From positions 74,479 through 138,478 of the forward strand of contig OY970314.1 in NCBI GenBank assembly GCA_963716475.1: a stretch of 64,000 nt of DNA, read 5' to 3'. Source of the DNA: Candidatus Woesebacteria bacterium. GTDB taxonomy: Bacteria > Patescibacteriota > Microgenomatia > UBA8517. The position numbers and the translations under genes are program-made. The notes beneath the pieces were generated by a model. The model ran no database searches, was not told the origin of the DNA, and saw nothing but the letters and a program-made list of their open reading frames with translations. Below, one piece after another: positions 34,927 to 43,813 of this stretch (its first letter is position 1; every line of letters starts with the position of its first letter).

Positions 34927-35006
34927 TTGACAGATGTTACCCACAAGGTGTTAACATAATATATTAGCATCGTTTTCACGGGATTTAGAAACTAATGTGT
35001 TAACAC
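34927..35006 (+). promoter_or_regulatory. Putative promoter/operator region of giant gene 3 (TTGACA ... TGTTAACAT ... GTGTTAACAC)
   Basis: TTGACA at 34927-34932, TGtTAACAT extended -10-like at 34949-34957, and a 10-bp perfect palindrome GTGTTAACAC at 34997-35006, 6 nt before ATG 35013. Confidence 0.4.
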
Positions 35007-35012
35007 CCTGCC

Positions 35013-38000
35013 ATGACACCTAAGTTATCAAAAGAGGGCCGTTTAAAGCTCATTGAACGCGTTGAAAAAGGCGAATCTGTCGCCAAGCTTTGCGCTGAAG
35101 CAGGAATTTCCCGGGTTCTTTTCTATAGATGGTATAAAAAGTATAAAAAGGGAGGTTTAATTGGCCTTAAACCTGGAGAAGCAGGCAGGCCGCAAACGTT
35201 TCACGCGCCTGAAAAGGGCAGGGTATACACAATTCTTTCACCAAAGGCCAGGAGTTTGATGGTCAAGGAAGTAGTAGAGCAGAATCAGGACGCAACAGAA
35301 GTCGCCGGACGCTATAACGTAAGCCGCGTCACACTATATAAATGGATAGACAGATATAAGGCTGATTTGGCAAAAGGTGTGGAACCGGATATGACCTCAA
35401 GAAAACCGTATGTGGAAAGGTATTTCAGGCAGGTTCCGGAGAAACACGAGCAGGCGGTTTTACAAATAGTAGAACAGCACCCTGAATGGGGTATTAGGAA
35501 AATTGTAGCCAATTTGCCGCAAGTTGCCGGAATCCCCATTATTGGACACCACGGTGTCCAAAACATACTTAACAGGCATAATCTGTCTACTTATGAGGTG
35601 CGCCTTGCCTACGCCAGATCCCGTGTTACTCCTATTACCCAGGGTATTGGTGGGGTACTGGAAAAAGTTACGGAGTTTTTCCAAATTGCTCCCGAAAAAA
35701 GGAAATCCTTTATCAAAAACTTCACCCGCATAAGTTTTGGGCTTTTTTCGCTGGTTGTAGTTCTCGGAGTTGTCAGTTACATTGCACGTTCCTTCTCGCA
35801 GGAGGCAGGAGCTTCACCACTGGGCTTAGGGTTTGCTTTTATAGCCCTTCTAATGGGCACAATATTCCTGTTCTATTCGTTTAAATACTATTTCAGCATT
35901 GCCATGGTGCTTTCATTTTCCCAGAATGAAAGTGGAAGTATTAGAAAGAGGGGGATTGGACTTACTCCAGACCTTTCGCATATAAAGCTTCTGAAAAGAC
36001 CGTATGTTTCGGTGCACATACCTTTTTATAACGAAAAGTATGTAGTTGAGCGTGCCATGGAGGCAGCATCGGGTTTTGATTATCCGGAGTATGAAGTGAT
36101 TCTTTGTGATGATTCTACTGATGAAACAACCAAAATAATCAGTAATTACCTGCATGCTAATGGAAAGAGCATTCAGAAGAAATCTGGAAACGGTTGGGAG
36201 CTTCAATGGACCGAAATAAAACCCGGAGTTACTTTTAAGCATCTTCACAGAACCAGCCGTGGCGGTTACAAAGGAGGAGCATTAAACCTGGCACTAAAAC
36301 TTACCGATCCCAGAACAGAATATGTATCAATTTTTGATGCGGACTTCGTGCCTTACCCGGATACATTGGAACTGTTCCTTAAGTATTTTCAGGTTGAAGG
36401 CAATAGGCCGGAAATCGCCGCGGTTCAGGGATATCAGTGGCACGTACTCAATAAATCCGAAAACTGGATTACCAGGGGAGTCAGAAGCGAATATGCGGGT
36501 TCCTATGTCATAGAAAGGGCAGGAACTGAGATCTACGGTGGTTTAAAGCAGATCTCCGGTTCGGTTTATATGATTAAGAAAGATGTCTTGCAGCAAATCG
36601 ACTGGGGGACTTCTATTACCGAGGATTTTGAACTAACCCTTCGGCTCTACGCTCAGGGCTACAAAGTTCTTTACACTCCCTATATACAGGCTCCGGCGGA
36701 GTGTGTTTCCACAATTAGGCGCTTGGTGCGTCAAAGAATGCGCTGGGCTGAGGGACACTCTGCCAATGTCAGAAAGATGTTCTTGAGGCTTATGAGAAGT
36801 CCCAAGCTTAATGCTACAGAAAAATTTGAATTTGTATATCTTTCACCCTACTACCTCCAGGCATTTTTCTTTTTGGTTGGGACTGTTTGCTGGTTTCTTT
36901 CTGAGGCCGTTTTTAAGGCAAGACTTCCTTTTTGGACTGAGCTTTGGGGTTGGAGTTTGGTATTAACCAACATGATTTCTCTCCCGCTTTTAAACGCGGT
37001 TGGAATGTTTCTCGAGGAAAGTGGGGAAAGGGATTACCTGGGCTTGGCATCATTTGCGGCTTTAAGCTATATCCTGGTGCCTTTCCAGGCATACGCTTCC
37101 GTTAAAGGATTTTTGGAGGATAAAGAAGGCCCCTGGTTTAGAACCCCAAAGACAGGCAGGATCACAGATATATTCAAAAGAGGTAAGTTTTACAGGTTTA
37201 TTTCCGGAATTTTGCCGGGGAAAGCCTCCGAGCCGGCTTCCGCTACCGGAAAACTTCTGCCGGGAGAAGCCCATGACATTGAGGCCAATTATTATTTGAA
37301 CTTAAACTCTGCCAATAATACCTTCAGCAACTTTAAAATTAAATCCAAAAAGGCTTATTGGATTGGGAATGCCGTAATCGGTATTACTGTTGCACTCAGC
37401 GGCTTACTTGTTTATTCCGGTTCGTTGATAAGCAAAGGAACTCTAATGGATTTACCGATTTCAACACGTGTTATTTCCGAAAGCCGTCCCAAGACGTTTC
37501 TTTCCAGACTGGAAATGTTTAAAGTCAAGGAGGTAATGGCCAATACCCTGCCACTACGAAAATCACTTCTGGCTCACGGAGAAAAAACATTGCCCCAACT
37601 CCTGGGAATATGGCCGATATTTATTTTTGCGCTTTTTGTCGCCCTACTTATTATCCTATTTATTAAGAGACGAAGTTTATTCAAGAAGGTGGTTTCGGTT
37701 GGTTTAATTATCTCGCTTGTCGCAAGTTGGCTTTTGTCCGGCTGGCCGGCCATTTGGAATTACCCGAGAATCCCGCCAAAGATCCGGGAAGCAAAGGCTG
37801 CGTTTGACGAGAGAACGGAAACAAACGTACAAGGAGCAAGCCTGAGTAGTCCTTATCAGGCCACTCTTGCTGTTCCTACCGGTACAACTAACGGAGACAT
37901 AATGTTCACTTGGATCGGTTCATATAGTGCTACCGTAACGACCAATGCTGCCTGGACTTTGATTGGAAGCAATACTACTAACAGTGATAAATATTACCTG

Positions 38001-41000
38001 TATGCTCGGGTAGCCTCAAGCGAACCGGCGTCATATGTCTGGACATTTTCAGGGACTTCAACATATAAAGCTACTTGTACCACCTATATAGCCAGTAGTG
38101 ATTTTAGTGTGACTAATGTTTCTACTGATCTTACCGTCAGCAATACTCCTTATAGAACATCTAATGGGACAAATCGTGCGGCGTCTTTTAGTGTTCCCAA
38201 TGCGAATTCGCCGTTATTGTTTTTCGGAGGCGTGTATTCTACAAGTTCCAAGACTCAGACTCCTCCTACAAACCCGGGAACATTCGCTGAAGATTATGAC
38301 ACGGGAAGCACCACTCCGGACTTTTGGTTGGAAATTGCTTCATATATTTGGGCCGGCTCCGGAACTAGCGGAGATATAGATTCCACGATTTCTGCTACTT
38401 TGACTACCAAACACGCTTTTGCTGTGGCATTGAAACCGCCGGCTGCTACAGTAAGCACAGGTGGCGGCCAAAAAGCTGGAATGGCCATTTCCAGCACTGA
38501 CAATTATGTCGGAGGGGAATTTATTATAGAGGAAGGTAGTGGGGGATCACGTAATGTAACAGGTATTACCATTGCCGAACAGGGGACAGTGAATGCCCAG
38601 ACGAACTTGGATAATATTAAACTTTATTATAATTCGGATACGAGTGCCCCCTATGATTGTGCCAGCAAAGCCTATACAGACGGAGACCTGAACCAATTCG
38701 GTTCCACTGACACAGATGGCTTCAGTGCGGCAAACGGTACCTCTGCTTTTACCGGTTCAGTGGGTATCAGCACCACTTCAACGATGTGTGTTTATGTGGT
38801 TTTGGATATCGGTTCGGGTGCCGGGAATGGAGATACATTAGAAATCCAGATTACCAATCCTTCAACTGATGTAACAGTCAGCAGCGGTTCGGTTAAACCA
38901 ATTACTGCCGTGCTTATCTCCGGAATTACTACAATTATGAATCCGGGCGTGATAGGCACTTTAGGAAAGTCCGCGGACGGTTGGGGTGGCGTCATTCCTG
39001 TTTATATGGAATTGGTCGGTGTAGATCAGGCAAGCTATCCCTATGCCAGGGCACAGGTTGTTACCCCAGCCTCAGAAACGTATTACACCACGATGACTTG
39101 GGATAGCGGGGATAACCGCTACGAGGGAGCGATTTATATCGGTTCCTGGTATTGTAATGCGTGTGCTGATAATCATACCGGAAGCTTTGCAGTGACGGTA
39201 CAGCTGGATAATAACTCCGGTTTTCCTTCAATAGATTACTCGGATAGCGTCGGCAATTTTGCTACAACGGTTACCCGCAGGCGAAGCTCCATCGGAGGAA
39301 CGACCAACTATGCAAAATATGCTGCGGTTTGGAGTACCGACCATTGGAATGTTCAGGCTTATGATTTTGATCTTTATACGGATTCGGGAACTATTACAAA
39401 TGCCGTTATCGGTATGGCTTTTCACCCCACGACGGCGGACATTTCCATTACCCAGGTCAGATTAAGTGATGGAGCGTGGATAACTACTCAATCTGCCGTC
39501 GACGGCACCGGTAACGGCTGGTGGTGGGACAGTTCGACCCATTCTCTGTATGTAAGAGTAGCTTCTCTGACGACCACTGCCCAAAATCTTGATTTTGAAT
39601 TTACTTCTTCGACTGACCTTTGGGCAACGCGTTTTGACAATGTCCAGACTACAGATATGGGGGAGCGTGACTTTTGGAACGGACTCTATATAAATAACCG
39701 TTATTACACAACCAGTATCTATGGATCTTCGCTTAACGTAGCCTTTAGCGGTACTGATCATGATAATGACGGAGTTCAGGCGGAATCAAGATCTCACAGG
39801 GATGGAACTTTAGAGAACGTAACAACCGACTGTATGGAAAGACTAGCGGTACACGTAGGACCTGACGGAGGAGGTACCCCAAGTGTGGCGAGACAGGATA
39901 ACAGCGTTGATTATAGCTACGATGTTAAATGGAAAGCGAACGATTTTGCAAATTGGATACAAAGTGAAAACGATGACCAAATGGTACTCTATGAAACCTC
40001 CGACGATCAGGGAAGTTGTACCGGTGGCAACATTCAGGCTTGGGCTCAATACTGCGATAATCAGATCGCAGCTCAAAGAACTCAAACTTTTTATGCAGGG
40101 AAACCCTACCTTAAAAACTATTATAAATTTATAAACAATGATACTAGTAGTCATTATTATGATATGGTTTGGGGAAGGGAGCAGTGGCTTAATGATTCTG
40201 CCGCTTCCACCAATGACCGGGGGATGACCTATGACAGCAATCCGAAGACAGTTGAGTGGTCCGGAGTTGACGATGAAAATCCGGATCAACCAACTTCTGC
40301 TCACCCATGGTTTGCCGCTTATGATATTACAGGTACCAACTTAATGGACGGAGTTTGTTATAAGTCCAACGATATTGCGACTAATAATTATTTTCTGTCA
40401 TACGCACCCCTTCAATCAGGATCCACCGCAGCCGAATGGCCGATTGATCATGGCCAGACAGGTACAGATGCTGCCGATACTTTCTTCAATAAATCTTTTG
40501 GTGTCGTTGGCGCAGGAAGTTCTGTAAACTTTACTTTTTGGCAGTTTAACTATTACGGAAGCTCTTTTGCCGATCTTAAATCAACAATTGATACAAATTG
40601 CACGGCGTTAAACGCACCCACATATAACCAATCCGCCTTCCGTTGGTTTAGTAATGATAATTCGGTATCAGTAGGTTCCCCAATAGTAAGTCAGGATACG
40701 GCGATGAGTAGTGAAACACCGCCTCAGGGGACACCTTTCCGTATGCGTGTCCTTCTACATGTGGATGGTAGCGATTTGGCCTCAAGCGGTCAGAATTTCA
40801 AGCTCCAGATTGCCTCGAAAGTAGGAGCGTCTTGTGATACTGATATGGATACAACCGACGAGTCGTACTCCGATCTGGTGACTACAACCGGAGCTATCCG
40901 TTATTATGACAACACTTCAGCCACGGATAATACAGCACTGACCGCGGATGTGACAAATGACCCCAGCCATAGTGGTCATACTAAAGTAACTCAAACCTAC

Positions 41001-41273
41001 AAAGATTTGGATACGAGCGATAGCAATATTAATTTCACTAATTCGGAAGGGGCGATACCTGTCGGTCAGGACGGAGAATGGGATTTTACCATCGTTGACA
41101 ATTCGGCCACGGAGGGAACGGATTATTGTCTTAGAATTGTTAAAGCTGACGATACAGTACTTGATACCTATTCCGTGGTGCCTGAATTTACTACGGTTCC
41201 GGAAAACCCGCTTCTCCTTTTTGGTCTGTATCCCCTATTTGCGGGATTTTTGAAAAAGCTGAGAAGGAAATAA
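35013..41273 (+). CDS. Giant gene 3: HTH modules - processive GT2 synthase - extra TM segments - ~1100-aa ectodomain - VPE-CTERM protein
   Basis: 2086 aa. HTHs 'VAKLCAEAGISRVLFYRWYKKYKKGG' and 'VAGRYNVSRVTLYKWIDRYK'. GT2 motifs 'CDDSTDET', 'FDADFVPYPD', 'QGYQWH', 'SITEDFELT' and 'RQRMRWAEGH'. It ends 'VVPEFTTVPENPLLLFGLYPLFAGFLKKLRRK'. Confidence 0.85.
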   Translation: MTPKLSKEGRLKLIERVEKGESVAKLCAEAGISRVLFYRWYKKYKKGGLIGLKPGEAGRPQTFHAPEKGRVYTILSPKARSLMVKEVVEQNQDATEVAGRYNVSRVTLYKWIDRYKADLAKGVEPDMTSRKPYVERYFRQVPEKHEQAVLQIVEQHPEWGIRKIVANLPQVAGIPIIGHHGVQNILNRHNLSTYEVRLAYARSRVTPITQGIGGVLEKVTEFFQIAPEKRKSFIKNFTRISFGLFSLVVVLGVVSYIARSFSQEAGASPLGLGFAFIALLMGTIFLFYSFKYYFSIAMVLSFSQNESGSIRKRGIGLTPDLSHIKLLKRPYVSVHIPFYNEKYVVERAMEAASGFDYPEYEVILCDDSTDETTKIISNYLHANGKSIQKKSGNGWELQWTEIKPGVTFKHLHRTSRGGYKGGALNLALKLTDPRTEYVSIFDADFVPYPDTLELFLKYFQVEGNRPEIAAVQGYQWHVLNKSENWITRGVRSEYAGSYVIERAGTEIYGGLKQISGSVYMIKKDVLQQIDWGTSITEDFELTLRLYAQGYKVLYTPYIQAPAECVSTIRRLVRQRMRWAEGHSANVRKMFLRLMRSPKLNATEKFEFVYLSPYYLQAFFFLVGTVCWFLSEAVFKARLPFWTELWGWSLVLTNMISLPLLNAVGMFLEESGERDYLGLASFAALSYILVPFQAYASVKGFLEDKEGPWFRTPKTGRITDIFKRGKFYRFISGILPGKASEPASATGKLLPGEAHDIEANYYLNLNSANNTFSNFKIKSKKAYWIGNAVIGITVALSGLLVYSGSLISKGTLMDLPISTRVISESRPKTFLSRLEMFKVKEVMANTLPLRKSLLAHGEKTLPQLLGIWPIFIFALFVALLIILFIKRRSLFKKVVSVGLIISLVASWLLSGWPAIWNYPRIPPKIREAKAAFDERTETNVQGASLSSPYQATLAVPTGTTNGDIMFTWIGSYSATVTTNAAWTLIGSNTTNSDKYYLYARVASSEPASYVWTFSGTSTYKATCTTYIASSDFSVTNVSTDLTVSNTPYRTSNGTNRAASFSVPNANSPLLFFGGVYSTSSKTQTPPTNPGTFAEDYDTGSTTPDFWLEIASYIWAGSGTSGDIDSTISATLTTKHAFAVALKPPAATVSTGGGQKAGMAISSTDNYVGGEFIIEEGSGGSRNVTGITIAEQGTVNAQTNLDNIKLYYNSDTSAPYDCASKAYTDGDLNQFGSTDTDGFSAANGTSAFTGSVGISTTSTMCVYVVLDIGSGAGNGDTLEIQITNPSTDVTVSSGSVKPITAVLISGITTIMNPGVIGTLGKSADGWGGVIPVYMELVGVDQASYPYARAQVVTPASETYYTTMTWDSGDNRYEGAIYIGSWYCNACADNHTGSFAVTVQLDNNSGFPSIDYSDSVGNFATTVTRRRSSIGGTTNYAKYAAVWSTDHWNVQAYDFDLYTDSGTITNAVIGMAFHPTTADISITQVRLSDGAWITTQSAVDGTGNGWWWDSSTHSLYVRVASLTTTAQNLDFEFTSSTDLWATRFDNVQTTDMGERDFWNGLYINNRYYTTSIYGSSLNVAFSGTDHDNDGVQAESRSHRDGTLENVTTDCMERLAVHVGPDGGGTPSVARQDNSVDYSYDVKWKANDFANWIQSENDDQMVLYETSDDQGSCTGGNIQAWAQYCDNQIAAQRTQTFYAGKPYLKNYYKFINNDTSSHYYDMVWGREQWLNDSAASTNDRGMTYDSNPKTVEWSGVDDENPDQPTSAHPWFAAYDITGTNLMDGVCYKSNDIATNNYFLSYAPLQSGSTAAEWPIDHGQTGTDAADTFFNKSFGVVGAGSSVNFTFWQFNYYGSSFADLKSTIDTNCTALNAPTYNQSAFRWFSNDNSVSVGSPIVSQDTAMSSETPPQGTPFRMRVLLHVDGSDLASSGQNFKLQIASKVGASCDTDMDTTDESYSDLVTTTGAIRYYDNTSATDNTALTADVTNDPSHSGHTKVTQTYKDLDTSDSNINFTNSEGAIPVGQDGEWDFTIVDNSATEGTDYCLRIVKADDTVLDTYSVVPEFTTVPENPLLLFGLYPLFAGFLKKLRRK
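41178..41270 (+). other. C-terminal sorting-signal-like region with tandem VPEF and VPEN motifs / hydrophobic / KKLRRK
   Basis: 'VPEFTTVPENPLLLFGLYPLFAGFLKKLRRK' at the extreme C-terminus of giant gene 3. Confidence 0.65.
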
Positions 41274-41282
41274 TCGTGAACC

Positions 41283-41888
41283 ATGCCTAAAAACACATTC
41301 AAGACAATTTTGGTTGTATTTTCAATTATCATAATGCTTTTACCCATTTTTGCGGCTCTGAATGGCTTTTTGACGGGGGTTTTAGATAACGCCGGCTGGT
41401 ATAGACCTGTCCAGCAGTTTATTGTTCCCTGGCAGGCGAGGATAGTAGCCGGGGTAATCCGCCCTTTCGGAATTAACTCCAAAGTAACTCCGGGAAGTTC
41501 GCTGTCAACTTTCTATATGATTAAAAAGGAAACTGCCATCCCTGTCGATTTGTCCTGGAACTGTTTGGGGTGGCAATCTATCTTGTTGCTAATAGTATCC
41601 CTGATAACAGGGTTAAGAGGGCCATTTACTCATCTTTCAAGGATAAAGTGCGTCCTGTTCGGTTTGGTGGGTACTCTGCTTATCAATATCTTAAGAATGA
41701 GTGTTATTGCCCTGGGAATCTATTATATTAATGCCCTGGCTGCACAAATTATTCATGATTACTTGGCAGCCTTTTTTACAATAATTTGGCTATTTATCTT
41801 CTGGTGGTTTTCATATAGATACATCCTGGAAGAAAAGGAAAGCCATGATACGGGGAATGATAATATGGAAGTTACACCGAAGGGTTGA
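41283..41888 (+). CDS. Miniature exosortase/archaeosortase-like polytopic protein (cassette 3)
   Basis: 201 aa with 'SWNCLGWQS', 'INILRMSV', 'IIHDYLA' and 'FWWFSYRYILEEK'. It starts 9 nt after the giant gene 3 stop. Confidence 0.62.
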   Translation: MPKNTFKTILVVFSIIIMLLPIFAALNGFLTGVLDNAGWYRPVQQFIVPWQARIVAGVIRPFGINSKVTPGSSLSTFYMIKKETAIPVDLSWNCLGWQSILLLIVSLITGLRGPFTHLSRIKCVLFGLVGTLLINILRMSVIALGIYYINALAAQIIHDYLAAFFTIIWLFIFWWFSYRYILEEKESHDTGNDNMEVTPKG

Positions 41889-41965
41889 AATAGAATCTTA
41901 TAAAAGACCAGGAATCAAGCGCAAACTCCTTAATCACAGCACACACAATAAGGGGGAAGATAAAA

Positions 41966-42988
41966 TCATCGGTTCTTACCGCTCTTGATTTGTTTATCAA
42001 TTTGTTGATATATGGATAATGAAATATCCTGAATAACTCCCTCCAAGGACTGATAATCGTGCCCCCTGGTCATTATGCAAGCCATGTAGGGGTAGGATGG
42101 GTAGTAGACGATGCCACAGTCATGCAGTTGGATAAATGCGCCGTTTGCATCCCCGTATTCACCGAATTTGTGTGCAACTTCTATATTGGCCGGCAGTTTT
42201 GAGGTTAAACCCAAGTTAAATTTGGTTTGAGTTAAAAGTGAAAGAACTTTATTCGAATCACCTTTATTTAAATAGGAAGCATTATATAAAACGCTGTAAA
42301 AAGCTGAATATGCGTGAACGGATAAAGAAGGTTGATTGCCCATGAGTTCGGGTGCTTCAGCAAGACCAAGATCTGTATAAACACGTAGGTATCTGTCTTC
42401 GGAATCGAAGTTCAAAACCAAAAGATTTTTGGCATTATTGTCCGATTCGATAATCATTTTTTCGATTAATTGTTCGACTGTGTAAGTTTGTCCAACTTCG
42501 ATGGGGTTATCCGGTTTATAATGTTCGCTGGTATTAAAGTCTTCGAGGATTTTTGCTGTACTGTCTTGGTAACTAATTTCTTTTTTCAGAATAGTTGGAT
42601 CCTCCTCGGACCATTTATAATAGGCAACCGCAATCGGCAGCTTCAGAAGGCTCGCGGGGAAAAAATTTTGATCTTCCTGGATTCCGAACCACCCACCACT
42701 ATTGAGACTTTTAAAATAAACGGCGATTTCATCCGCCTTACCATCCTGCAGTTTTTGACTTACGACTTGGTTAACATCAGTTTTAAAATTTTTCAAAGCA
42801 TTGACGTAAAGTCCACTGTCAATTTGGTAATCAATAAGAGGGTTTACCAATCCGTTCTGTGAAGCCCGTATCAGTTTAATGGAGTAATTTGACAGGCTTA
42901 GGTTGTTTTTTCCTAAAAAGTAACCTACGAAGCCAGCCGCTCCTATCAGTAGGATAATCAGGAGCAAAAATAATATTCGTTTTAGCAT
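41966..42988 (-). CDS. Membrane-anchored serine hydrolase, class A beta-lactamase / DD-peptidase-like
   Basis: 340 aa with an N-terminal TM, 'PASLLKLP' (SxxK), 'ESDN' (SDN) and 'HKFGEYG' (KTG-equivalent). Confidence 0.65.
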   Translation of the reverse strand: MLKRILFLLLIILLIGAAGFVGYFLGKNNLSLSNYSIKLIRASQNGLVNPLIDYQIDSGLYVNALKNFKTDVNQVVSQKLQDGKADEIAVYFKSLNSGGWFGIQEDQNFFPASLLKLPIAVAYYKWSEEDPTILKKEISYQDSTAKILEDFNTSEHYKPDNPIEVGQTYTVEQLIEKMIIESDNNAKNLLVLNFDSEDRYLRVYTDLGLAEAPELMGNQPSLSVHAYSAFYSVLYNASYLNKGDSNKVLSLLTQTKFNLGLTSKLPANIEVAHKFGEYGDANGAFIQLHDCGIVYYPSYPYMACIMTRGHDYQSLEGVIQDISLSIYQQIDKQIKSGKNR

Positions 42989-43117
42989 GACAGGTAGATT
43001 ATCAGAAATAGTATACTAGAAAAAGATTTAGGTACAATGGGACAAAAAAGAATCCATTGTGCGAAAACCCATTGACGTATATTGGGGTGTTTGGGTACAC
43101 TTGGGGCTGAATTAAAA

Positions 43118-43813
43118 ATGAAAATTGCCTTGATTATTCCCACATACAATGAAGCCGAAAATATTGTTAACCTGATACGGGGTGTAAAACTCCGAAATCT
43201 TAATTTAAAAATAATTGTAGTTGATGACGCCTCACCTGACGGTACCGGAAAGAAGGTTTCGAAATTTCCTGAGGTAATATTGATTTCCAGAAAGGGAAAA
43301 CTGGGTCTGGGGTCTGCCTATAAGGAAGGTTTTAAATATGCTTTAAGGCAGGGATATGATGTTATCGGAACAATGGATGCGGACTTTTCCCACGACCCGA
43401 AATTTCTTCCGGAAATGGTAACCGCAATAAAAAGGTGCGACATGGTAATAGGTTCCAGATATGTCAAAGGTGGGAATATAGTCGGTTTTAATTTTTGGAG
43501 AAAATTAATAAGCGGATCGGCGCAGTTCATGTCAAGGAAACTTTTGGGAATAAACGTTAAAGACGCCACAAGCGGTTTTAGATTATATAAAAAAGATGTT
43601 CTTATAACAACCGGTTATGCATCGATTAAGTCCCAGGGGTATTCTTTTTTGATCGAATCTCTATTTTTATCCCTAAAACACGGCTTTAATGTATGTGAAG
43701 TACCAATCGTTTTTGAAAACAGAAGACTGGGAACATCAAAAATATCGGGCTCGGAAATTATAAAGGCCCTATTTACAGTTGTCAGGCTTAAGTATAAATT
43801 TAATTTGGCTTAG
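43118..43813 (+). CDS. Polyprenol-phosphate glycosyltransferase (Dpm1-like GT2)
   Basis: 'MKIALIIPTYNEAENI', 'VVDDASPDGT' and 'DADFSHDP'. I chose ATG 43118 over the upstream-extended 43082. Confidence 0.8.
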   Translation: MKIALIIPTYNEAENIVNLIRGVKLRNLNLKIIVVDDASPDGTGKKVSKFPEVILISRKGKLGLGSAYKEGFKYALRQGYDVIGTMDADFSHDPKFLPEMVTAIKRCDMVIGSRYVKGGNIVGFNFWRKLISGSAQFMSRKLLGINVKDATSGFRLYKKDVLITTGYASIKSQGYSFLIESLFLSLKHGFNVCEVPIVFENRRLGTSKISGSEIIKALFTVVRLKYKFNLA

